DNA from: a virus
Lineage: Duplodnaviria > Caudoviricetes
Length of the DNA stretch: 30,416 bases
Reading direction: 5' to 3' (one strand)
Virus record (IMG/VR): IMGVR_UViG_3300029169_000023
Location: 1 to 30,416 of that record
Part shown: positions 17,764 to 25,327 of the stretch, piece after piece
Numbering within the stretch: position 1 is the stretch's first letter
Layout of the letters: every line of letters begins with the position of its first letter
Program-made: the position numbers and the translations under genes
The notes under the pieces: model-generated
Database searches by the model: none
Seen by the model: the letters and a program-made list of their open reading frames with translations, nothing else
What the model was told of the DNA's origin: nothing

Positions 17764-18320
17764 GTTCCCTGTCCTATGTCAGTGATGATGCGCAGGGTGT
17801 CATATCTTGCGTTGGGGAAGGTCTCTCGCGCAGCACCGTTGATCGTCTCAATTTCAAAGCGATGTTCGCGTTGTCCTTTAGCCAGGGGCAACGTGGGTCC
17901 AATGACCAATTGTCCTGGATCCCAATCGGTCGCGAGCCACGTATACCGAACCTGGGCATTCGTTGGAGCACCCACAATGCTCATGTCCCGCTCCAGCTTG
18001 GTGCCACTAACAAGCCAGATGTGGAGCTTGATCGTAGCACCTGTGAGGTCAGGAAGGGAACCGTCGGGCAGGCGCAGCGTCACGTCCAGTGGCCGACGCG
18101 TATCCAAATTCTTCAGATGGAAGACACCCATTTCCTGCTCTCCTAGAATCTCTGTTTCAGTTGCGGAGTTCGCGATTTCAGTATCGTTCTCAGACTCTGC
18201 AAGTTCTGTGTCGTTCTCTGAGGCTGCGATGTCGGTATCGTTCTGGGAGTCGTCGAGTTCAGTTTCATTCTCAGACTCCTCATTGAACGCTGGCCCAAAG
18301 AGCCACCAGAGAAACAACAC
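17760..18320 (-). CDS. BppU-N-like virion attachment protein with acidic N-terminal repeats (alternative start 18131)
   Basis: DLTGATIKL...VRYTW.A.D...E.E....ETFP motif; AGGAG RBS before internal ATG 18131. Confidence 0.7.
   Translation of the reverse strand: MLFLWWLFGPAFNEESENETELDDSQNDTDIAASENDTELAESENDTEIANSATETEILGEQEMGVFHLKNLDTRRPLDVTLRLPDGSLPDLTGATIKLHIWLVSGTKLERDMSIVGAPTNAQVRYTWLATDWDPGQLVIGPTLPLAKGQREHRFEIETINGAARETFPNARYDTLRIITDIGQGT
18141..18275 (-). repeat. 5 x 9-aa (27-nt) acidic repeat SENDTE[LI]xx
   Basis: SENETELDD SQNDTDIAA SENDTELAE SENDTEIAN SATETEILG. Confidence 0.85.
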
Positions 18321-18326
18321 AATGTC

Positions 18327-18521
18327 TTACCCCAAATACTTGAGCAGTGCGTCCCGCATCTGAACGCACTGAATGTGAACATCAGCGTTCTGTGGAGCAG
18401 TTCGCGTCACCTGCCACAGTTGGTTCACAACGTTAATTGCCCCCTCTTTCGTCAACTTCTCAGGTTCAGGCATCTCAAGAACCTTTGGCTTTTCGGCGTT
18501 ACGTCGAGCTTCTACTCCCAT
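18327..18521 (-). CDS. Small hypothetical protein (possible fibre chaperone)
   Basis: AGGAG RBS; packs within the operon. Confidence 0.65.
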   Translation of the reverse strand: MGVEARRNAEKPKVLEMPEPEKLTKEGAINVVNQLWQVTRTAPQNADVHIQCVQMRDALLKYLG

Positions 18522-18530
18522 GATCGTCTC

Positions 18531-18830
18531 CTATGGTTGTGGTGGCATGTTCGCAGCGATGAACGCCTGTAGGGCTGAAATCTGTGCATCAAGCGCCGCT
18601 GAAGAAGCGTCATCGGCAGCCTTCTGTGCCATAGCTTCTTTCAATTGCTCTCCCTTGATGTACAGAGTGACAGCGCCCTGGTCCTGAAGAAGATGCCAGT
18701 ACTCACGAACAAGATCAAGCCACACCTGTACGTTCGTGGGGTCAATCTGTCGTTCTCGCATCTTATAGCGGATAGCTTCTTGAAGAAGCTCCCAATGATC
18801 TTGTGCAAGCGCATGCTCTTCACCAGCCAT
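18531..18830 (-). CDS. Coiled-coil protein (possible fibre chaperone)
   Basis: GGGAG RBS; C-terminal heptad LDAQISALQAFI; follows the fibre gene. Confidence 0.65.
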   Translation of the reverse strand: MAGEEHALAQDHWELLQEAIRYKMRERQIDPTNVQVWLDLVREYWHLLQDQGAVTLYIKGEQLKEAMAQKAADDASSAALDAQISALQAFIAANMPPQP

Positions 18831-18839
18831 AGCTTCTCC

Positions 18840-20792
18840 CTAGACCCAAACGGGGATCCAATGCGCGACCCCTCCAATGTCAATCTCGACCCATTGAGCC
18901 TGTGCTGCCGCTGTTGGGCCTGTAGCACCAATCGTTCCAAGGGTGGCCCCTGCACCCCCACCAAGGGCGATACCACGATTGATGTCGAGCCTTCCATCAA
19001 AACGCGCGCGGGCAGAAGCATTCGACTGGCGGAAAGCATAGTTGAGCGTGCCGCCTGTAGGGTTGCTGATGATGAGCAATCCATAACGATTCGTGCCTTG
19101 GTTAACGTTGCCCCCGACAAGAAGCGCACCCGTGTCAGTTGCCGAACCCCCTCCGCCCAGAACCATTGAAGGGGCATTAATCGTCCACCCGAACACTTGA
19201 GACATAGCGTGGTTAAGAGTGAGGCTGCCCCCCTGTGTCAATAGGAAATCACTCCATCCACCTGGGATGCTAGTCGCCCGCGCTGGGGCTACAAACACTC
19301 CGACCTGATTTCCAACTGCACCAGTCTGTGCTCCCAAGGAAAAGCGCGAGCAGTTGAAGTTATATTCGCTTGTCCCCGTATCCGTCGTCATCAGGTAGCG
19401 CTGCGCTGAAGGGTTGCTCCACCGAATCTGGTTCCCTGTGCCGTTAAACTGCCAGAACCAAAAGTTAGCCGCGCCCCATCCCTGCTGAAAGTCGTCACTG
19501 AGCCCCAACGTAAGACCGGTGAGGTCGCGAGGGATACGAAGCTGCCCATTCAAGACGCTCTGCGCGGTCCCGGTGTGGTTCAGGAAAAAGCGAGTCGCGG
19601 CGGCGTTCAGTGCGCTGCGGACGACGCTGATGTCGCTCGACACAGCGTTGACCATCGCAGGGAAATTAATCCCTCGGATAGAGGTGATGTTCTCCGTCCC
19701 CGCCGAAGGCTGGAAGAGAGCAACAGCGGGCGCAATCATGTCTAGACCGGTCAGTGCTCCCATGTTCACAGTAGAGCCTGCCGCCGTGCTGAACTTCGGT
19801 GCGAAGGAAAGACCAGTCGCTCCTGTGGACCACGTCATAACTGCGCCTGAGACGAGAGCGCGAATCTGGGGTGAAGCTGAGATAGTGAGATGTTGGATAG
19901 CAACACTCGTTCCCGATGTAGACCGCTCGTGCGTTCCGCCGTCATTCAGAATGAGCATCTGGACGAGATCGTTGCTCGTTCCGTTCCGGACTGTGGGCAA
20001 CGCATTGAAAAGCGTAAACGCTTGGAACCCGGCCGCCGCATTCGAGATGTGAACCGATCGATCCAGTACCGAAGCATAGATGTAGAACGCATTCGTGTAG
20101 GTGATCTGTGCGTCATTCCGAAGCATCTGCCCAATGAATGCGCCCGATGTCGTAAACGTGGGTTCCCAAATTCCAAAGCCAGTCTGCTCCGCCGGGGTCG
20201 TGTTCCCCTCAGAGTAGTTGGACCGTATCGGGTGGAACGTCTCGATCAGCCCACCACCAGCGGCAGCAGATGCTCTTAGTGCCAGCGCGTTTCCTGCCGC
20301 CGTGCCACCAATAAGCGTCTGTCCGCCTGCGCGGCCTGCCAGCAGTGCATAGATAGTGTGGTCGTCGTCAAGAAGAGAAGCACCGACAAGCCCTGTGCCG
20401 TGGTCGATAAGAGGGATGTCCCCCGCCACGAGGGCCTGGAAGGCGAACGTGGTGGCCCCTGTGGCCCGCAGGACCTCGCCAGCGGTCAGCCCGCTTGCTG
20501 TATGGGCTGCTCCCTGAATGTCATGGGCAAGAGGTGTCTGAGCGTCAGCAAGCAAACCACTTAGGCCGACAACGTCAATCTCGTCCACTCCACCGTTCTG
20601 ATGATCTACGGCATGCAACGTGGGGTTCTGGTCATCGGCCAACAGACCAGACAGCCCTGCCACGTTAATCTCATCCGCTCCACCGTTCTGGTGGGTAGCG
20701 GCGTGAAGTCCAGGCGCAGCTCCCACCCACGGCTCATTGAGATTGAGCAGAAGACCGCCACCGAGATCAACGTTGATGAGTAGAGTTGCCAT
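18840..20792 (-). CDS. Fibre-like virion protein (650 aa)
   Basis: Gly/Ala/Thr-rich; HxxxH repeats; LLDDDHTIYALLAGRAGGQ fibre motif; C-terminal WVEIDIGGVAHWIPVWV. Confidence 0.8.
   Translation of the reverse strand: MATLLINVDLGGGLLLNLNEPWVGAAPGLHAATHQNGGADEINVAGLSGLLADDQNPTLHAVDHQNGGVDEIDVVGLSGLLADAQTPLAHDIQGAAHTASGLTAGEVLRATGATTFAFQALVAGDIPLIDHGTGLVGASLLDDDHTIYALLAGRAGGQTLIGGTAAGNALALRASAAAGGGLIETFHPIRSNYSEGNTTPAEQTGFGIWEPTFTTSGAFIGQMLRNDAQITYTNAFYIYASVLDRSVHISNAAAGFQAFTLFNALPTVRNGTSNDLVQMLILNDGGTHERSTSGTSVAIQHLTISASPQIRALVSGAVMTWSTGATGLSFAPKFSTAAGSTVNMGALTGLDMIAPAVALFQPSAGTENITSIRGINFPAMVNAVSSDISVVRSALNAAATRFFLNHTGTAQSVLNGQLRIPRDLTGLTLGLSDDFQQGWGAANFWFWQFNGTGNQIRWSNPSAQRYLMTTDTGTSEYNFNCSRFSLGAQTGAVGNQVGVFVAPARATSIPGGWSDFLLTQGGSLTLNHAMSQVFGWTINAPSMVLGGGGSATDTGALLVGGNVNQGTNRYGLLIISNPTGGTLNYAFRQSNASARARFDGRLDINRGIALGGGAGATLGTIGATGPTAAAQAQWVEIDIGGVAHWIPVWV
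20529..20708 (-). repeat. 2 x 30-aa repeat with HxxxH
   Basis: LHAATHQNGGADEINVAGLSGLLADDQNPT / LHAVDHQNGGVDEIDVVGLSGLLADAQTPL. Confidence 0.9.
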
Positions 20793-21172
20793 CAGCTATA
20801 GCTCAGGGCTGCCCGGCTGTCCCAAACGTTGTCGAAGCTCTGGTTCCCATCGGCCCACTCAATGGTGGCGAGGTCGCCCGAGACTGTGATCCTCTTGATT
20901 CTCCAGGCAGCCGCCGAAGTGAGAGATCCTACCGGAGCATCCCCCACATAGGTGACCGCTCCAGCGGCGGGGTTGTCGGTGCGCAAAGCAAGCGACGCCC
21001 CCGAAGTTGGAAGCGTGTTCGGCACCTGGGCAGTGATCGGCGATACTGCTCCATCACCCCCACCGTCCAACTTCAGACGCTGGTACGCAACGCCAGCAAC
21101 GTCGTCGACAGCTACAGCAGTCGTAGCCGCGACTCCAACGTTGGGCTGTAGCGTTACTGATTCATCAGCCAT
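20792..21172 (-). CDS. Small virion-associated protein
   Basis: TYVGDAP.G..TSAAAWRIKRI...WADG...FDNVWD.RA.LSYS motif recurrent in phage fibre modules; TGATG coupling. Confidence 0.7.
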   Translation of the reverse strand: MADESVTLQPNVGVAATTAVAVDDVAGVAYQRLKLDGGGDGAVSPITAQVPNTLPTSGASLALRTDNPAAGAVTYVGDAPVGSLTSAAAWRIKRITVSGDLATIEWADGNQSFDNVWDSRAALSYS

Positions 21173-21175
21173 TGC

Positions 21176-21517
21176 CTACTCCTCGTAACAGGCTTCGCCG
21201 AGCCCCAAAGCCAGCATGAACTCACGGGTCTGCTTGCAGTCCTTAATCTCCCAACGGCGCTTCCAGTCCCACATGCTGATGGGGACAAGAGCCATATTGG
21301 CGGCACGATCAGACCCTCCGCAATGTAGAGGGATGATATGCTCTACATAGTGCCCCGCCTTGGAACGCCGCTCCCCTGTCACACATTCGATGAAGTCCAT
21401 CTTAGCTGCATACGATCGCACTTCCTTGCCATTCTTATCGACGTAACGGCAGGGTCGCTCAGGTACAGGCTGCATGCAGACAGCAACGCCAAGAGCAAGA
21501 CTAGCCAGTAGCTTCAT
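21176..21517 (-). CDS. HNH-like protein with N-terminal signal peptide
   Basis: MKLLASLALGVAVC; YVEHIIPLHCGGSDRAANM. Confidence 0.7.
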   Translation of the reverse strand: MKLLASLALGVAVCMQPVPERPCRYVDKNGKEVRSYAAKMDFIECVTGERRSKAGHYVEHIIPLHCGGSDRAANMALVPISMWDWKRRWEIKDCKQTREFMLALGLGEACYEE

Positions 21518-21749
21518 GCTCAATCTTCTTCCCATTGATAACAAGAGTCTCAACTCGAACAAGACGCTTGTCAATGTCAACGACCTTGTCGTAAGTGGCT
21601 CTCCCCTTCGACTCTGTACGATGTACACTTCTAAGCACAGAGTCATAGCCCACCTTGCCCAGCATGGCAAGAAGACCCCCGACTATTGTGACAAGCGTAC
21701 CGAGGAGAGCCACTGCAACTCCTGGATGTTGTGCGAAGAAATTGTTCAC
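21501..21749 (-). CDS. Single-TM coiled-coil protein (holin/antiholin-like)
   Basis: GTG 21749; TM VAVALLGTLVTIVGGLLAML then IDKRLVRVET. Confidence 0.6.
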   Translation of the reverse strand: MNNFFAQHPGVAVALLGTLVTIVGGLLAMLGKVGYDSVLRSVHRTESKGRATYDKVVDIDKRLVRVETLVINGKKIEHEATG

Positions 21750-21753
21750 TCTT

Positions 21754-21963
21754 CTACTGCTCTCGATTCTTGGCCCAGTTTCGGCCAGCCTCGACAACGA
21801 ATGGAGCAGCAACAGCGGGGACACCAAAACTCATCAGAGTTTCAACGTCAATGCCTCCAACGAATGAGGTGACAACGGCAGCAGCCCCTACCGTAAGAGC
21901 GGGGCGAAGGCCCTTCCACGCCGATTTCTTCCAGTCGTACTTCTTCAGCTTGGGTCCACTCAT
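21754..21963 (-). CDS. Putative holin (2 TM)
   Basis: 69 aa, basic N-terminus, two hydrophobic segments, RNWAK end. Confidence 0.6.
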   Translation of the reverse strand: MSGPKLKKYDWKKSAWKGLRPALTVGAAAVVTSFVGGIDVETLMSFGVPAVAAPFVVEAGRNWAKNREQ

Positions 21964-22580
21964 TTGATCCTCACTGCAACTCCGACTCGAGCATAGCCAT
22001 CTTGGCCCGAGACGATATCCCCGACTGCATAGACACGATCGTAGACAGGGATGTGGCCACTAAATGAAACTCTCCACCCACCGAGGGGTAGATAGTCATG
22101 AACACCGACAACGATGTGGAACTCGGCACCGTGCCCGCCCAGGCGAACTCCCCCACCATAGATATCGAGCCCGATGCCCCCAACAGACTGTTCATTCGAA
22201 ATAGAACCGATAACTACGGCAGGCCCAATTTGTAGCCCATGCTTGACGAGCCACACATAATGAGCAGCACCGTAGATTTCAAGTGTGTTGAAGGTCTCTG
22301 GGTCTTCGAATGAAAACTGTTCCTTCAGCCCGCTCACGTCGGCGCGCATCTCGAAACCAAATCGCCCGAAGCCCAGGCCTCCAACGAGCCGGCCTCCCCA
22401 GATGTCCCCTCTCTCAAGCGTGTACTCCCCTTCGGCATCGGCGGTGTACTGCCAGATCGCTTGCTTCCATCCGTACAAGCCAAGGAAGGTCGGTGCGTCA
22501 GTAGGATGAGAAGGCTCCCCCTGGGCAAGCAGGGAGCCCCCCATTAGAAATGTAATGAGTGCGATGGCGAAGATCTTCAT
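21960..22580 (-). CDS. Putative outer-membrane beta-barrel protein
   Basis: Sec signal peptide, alternating Gly/aromatic strands, terminal strand YARVGVAVRIK. Confidence 0.55.
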   Translation of the reverse strand: MKIFAIALITFLMGGSLLAQGEPSHPTDAPTFLGLYGWKQAIWQYTADAEGEYTLERGDIWGGRLVGGLGFGRFGFEMRADVSGLKEQFSFEDPETFNTLEIYGAAHYVWLVKHGLQIGPAVVIGSISNEQSVGGIGLDIYGGGVRLGGHGAEFHIVVGVHDYLPLGGWRVSFSGHIPVYDRVYAVGDIVSGQDGYARVGVAVRIK

Positions 22581-22903
22581 GGCTGGTAAACTCCTTCTGG
22601 TGTAGACGACTCCGTCTCATGCTCTGCAAGGCACCGAAGAAGGATAGGCTCCAGCTCCTTGTCCTTCTGCAGCCTCGTTGAAATGTAGCGCCCGAACATA
22701 TTCCGTTCAGTGTCGAGCTGAACCTCTGTCTCTTCAGCCTTCTTCGCTTCATGTACGAACCCATCCGCAACCACGATGCCACCCTTTGCAAGGACGGCGC
22801 AGAAAAGAGTCCACACAAGACGCTCGGCCATACGCGCCTTCCACGAGTCCTTAACAACAGGCTTCTTCGCGAAGTCAGGAATAGACATCGATCCAGTGTC
22901 CAT
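22577..22903 (-). CDS. Single-TM membrane protein
   Basis: One hydrophobic helix followed by a charged helical region; coupled on both sides. Confidence 0.6.
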   Translation of the reverse strand: MDTGSMSIPDFAKKPVVKDSWKARMAERLVWTLFCAVLAKGGIVVADGFVHEAKKAEETEVQLDTERNMFGRYISTRLQKDKELEPILLRCLAEHETESSTPEGVYQP

Positions 22904-23214
22904 TACCGCCTCCTCATGTCCATGAGATAACCGATGAGCGCATCCATCTGTTCATCGTTGAGGCGATACCCTGGCATCCTGTTATCTATGCCCCTGCTAA
23001 TCCAGTGTGCCATCTCACGCGGCGGCATTCTCGAATAGCTCAGGTTCCCTCTACGGGCATTGTGGCAAGTGACGCACGGCGGATTCGCATTGTAGAAGAT
23101 GTCTTCGCCCAGGCTACTCCGTCCCCCGCCTTCAGATGGACGGAGAGTGACCACCAGTAGCGCCACAAGGATGGCGACCACGACGATGACGATCAACTGC
23201 GTACGCGACTTCAT
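22903..23214 (-). CDS. Membrane-anchored class I monohaem cytochrome c
   Basis: N-terminal TM, GEDIF..., CVTCH (23062-23076), axial Met in RMPGY, C-terminal LNDEQMDALIGYL helix; ATGA coupling at 23211-23214. Confidence 0.85.
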   Translation of the reverse strand: MKSRTQLIVIVVVAILVALLVVTLRPSEGGGRSSLGEDIFYNANPPCVTCHNARRGNLSYSRMPPREMAHWISRGIDNRMPGYRLNDEQMDALIGYLMDMRRR

Positions 23215-24368
23215 TGCCCTATCTCGGCACAAGTGGCACCGTCTTCGGTGCAGGTCTTGGCCAGCCCCTTGCAGATCGCCTGTGAACCTGTCGGGTTTGA
23301 AGGCTCAATGGGCTGCCCATCGCACGTCCAGGCTTGCTTACCCACTACGTCGGGCTCCTGCTCACATAGCACCCGCTCAGGGTCCCCCTCTATGCGAACT
23401 GGGCAGTTGGTTCGAGTCGTGTAGCACACATCAGGCTCAACGGGGCTGCACACTTGACGGCAGTAGTCGTTCCCCTTGATCTGATAAGTGGACGTGATCT
23501 TGTTGCCATTACCAATTCGCTTTAGAACGAATCGAGCTTCACGCCCTCGTGGATTGGGATCAGCACATACCTGAGGATCTGGATCTGGTGGGTCTGGCGG
23601 ATCCGGGGGCACAGGCGAAGTTCCGCCACCCTTGCAGAAGTCTGAACCTGTGATGCTCCAGTCGTTGAACTTCTCCCCTCGAGAATCCCACCGCACCTTG
23701 CCACCACCGAACTCATAGATCTGCTGATTGCTGTGCTGATCAACACACCAGTTCTTTCCACCAGCGAGGAGGGAAATCTGATCACTGCACCCCTGTCCCG
23801 GTTCACACTGCCCTGGGAAGGGGTCGATGTGCCGTCCAGCGTTGAACCCTCTGTCACGCATCTTCATTGTAACGAGGTTCATCCACTGATCTGCATCCAT
23901 ATCCAACTTGCAGCTTGATCCGATACCGCAGCCACTCAGCTCCGCCATGAGGACGTTCACTTCCCCACGAAGACTGTTTGTGTGGGGTAGCTTTTCAAAC
24001 TGGTCATCAGGAATGCCCTGGGGGAACATCGTTCCACTCAGAGGCGGAGGCGTTGGCCCTGGTCCTGGATCCGGTGGCGTCACCTCTTCGCATTCATCTG
24101 GCTCCCCCGCCCTGATCAACTGCCCCTGGGCGTCGGGCGCACAGACGTATCCCCAATTTGGCTGCCACTGTGGGAAAGACTGGCCATTCGGAGGATTGTC
24201 GTAGCACTCGCTAGCAGCCCCTGTAAGATGACATTGCTGAGATGCAGGGGGAACCGGTAGGGGTGTTGGCGTAGGGACCGGTATAGGGGTCGGCCCTGGA
24301 ACGGGGGGCTTGGGCAACAGGTTGCACCCGGCAATCACGGCCGACAGCAAAAGAACCATCCTACGCAT
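23211..24368 (-). CDS. Cys- and Pro-rich lipoprotein
   Basis: MRRMVLLLSAVIAGC lipobox; three Pro-rich linkers; 20 further Cys. Confidence 0.8.
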   Translation of the reverse strand: MRRMVLLLSAVIAGCNLLPKPPVPGPTPIPVPTPTPLPVPPASQQCHLTGAASECYDNPPNGQSFPQWQPNWGYVCAPDAQGQLIRAGEPDECEEVTPPDPGPGPTPPPLSGTMFPQGIPDDQFEKLPHTNSLRGEVNVLMAELSGCGIGSSCKLDMDADQWMNLVTMKMRDRGFNAGRHIDPFPGQCEPGQGCSDQISLLAGGKNWCVDQHSNQQIYEFGGGKVRWDSRGEKFNDWSITGSDFCKGGGTSPVPPDPPDPPDPDPQVCADPNPRGREARFVLKRIGNGNKITSTYQIKGNDYCRQVCSPVEPDVCYTTRTNCPVRIEGDPERVLCEQEPDVVGKQAWTCDGQPIEPSNPTGSQAICKGLAKTCTEDGATCAEIGQ

Positions 24369-24747
24369 CGTGGCCCCCATTACCGTTCTTCCGCCGCTCC
24401 ACGAAATTCGTAGCCTTGTGCTGCTGAAACCAGAAGTGCCCCTGAAGGAAGCCCAGGGCAAGAATCAGCCAGGGATCAGAAACGTATCCTGTCGCCAACG
24501 CCCAGCCTGTCGCCACACCAAACAGCCACGGCACGATCGGTCGTGTGCTGAGCCCCCACAGGATCTCGCTAATGGTGTCGTTCTCATACTTGTTGATCAG
24601 CGTCCACCCCTCATAAGCAAGGATGGCAGTCACGCCGATTGCCCACCAGATGGGGAGAAGAGACCACGCCATCACAAGGATTGCGGCACCCATGATGCCG
24701 AGTACGACCTTCTGCGTTGGTGACTGTGTTACTGGCTTCAAGACCAT
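24361..24747 (-). CDS. Multi-TM membrane protein, putative holin
   Basis: GAGGAGG RBS before ATG 24747; 3-4 hydrophobic helices; directly after the endolysin. Confidence 0.65.
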   Translation of the reverse strand: MVLKPVTQSPTQKVVLGIMGAAILVMAWSLLPIWWAIGVTAILAYEGWTLINKYENDTISEILWGLSTRPIVPWLFGVATGWALATGYVSDPWLILALGFLQGHFWFQQHKATNFVERRKNGNGGHDA

Positions 24748-24757
24748 CTCTGCCTCC

Positions 24758-25327
24758 TCAGACGTTTCCGTAGATTCGCTGGTGCAGGCGCACGACACGC
24801 CATGCCCAGCCGGGGAAGAACACGTCTGCCTTTCGATGCTTCAAAAACCTCTGCAATCTTTCACTCGCGAAACGCGCCAGCCCGTCGGCCTCCTTAGAGT
24901 TACGCACCCGCATCAACGTGTCGGGTCCAAGAACTCCATCGGGCTTCGCCCCGACAGCCTTTTGCATCAGTGCAACAGCGGTTCGTGGCCCCTGCAGAAC
25001 TGCGGCATCAAACACGACGATGCCCCAGCGGCGGGGCAGGCTGTCACACGAAAGAAGAAACGAGCTGCCTGCCCCCGACAAGGACCAGTAGTCTTCCTTA
25101 TAGAGTCTCTTGGCATCGGCCTCGCTGACAAGACGAATGTCGTCGATGTCCACATCCCCGTCGCCATCGAGGTCGAAATCCAGGTGCCCATCGCCGTCCT
25201 TGTCGCGAAGCTTCACCGCACGAAGGGACACTCCGCGATTCGTAGCCCCACCTGGGTCGTCGGGATGGTTTACGAACCCCCCCTCCGCATGCACGACCCA
25301 CAAGAAAGCTTCGTCAAATGGCTTCAT
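24758..25327 (-). CDS. GH108 endolysin with peptidoglycan-binding C-terminus
   Basis: EGGFVNHPDDPGGATNRGV catalytic motif, Y..DYW, FDAAV..G, DGVLGPDTL, F.PGW..RV. Confidence 0.92.
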   Translation of the reverse strand: MKPFDEAFLWVVHAEGGFVNHPDDPGGATNRGVSLRAVKLRDKDGDGHLDFDLDGDGDVDIDDIRLVSEADAKRLYKEDYWSLSGAGSSFLLSCDSLPRRWGIVVFDAAVLQGPRTAVALMQKAVGAKPDGVLGPDTLMRVRNSKEADGLARFASERLQRFLKHRKADVFFPGWAWRVVRLHQRIYGNV

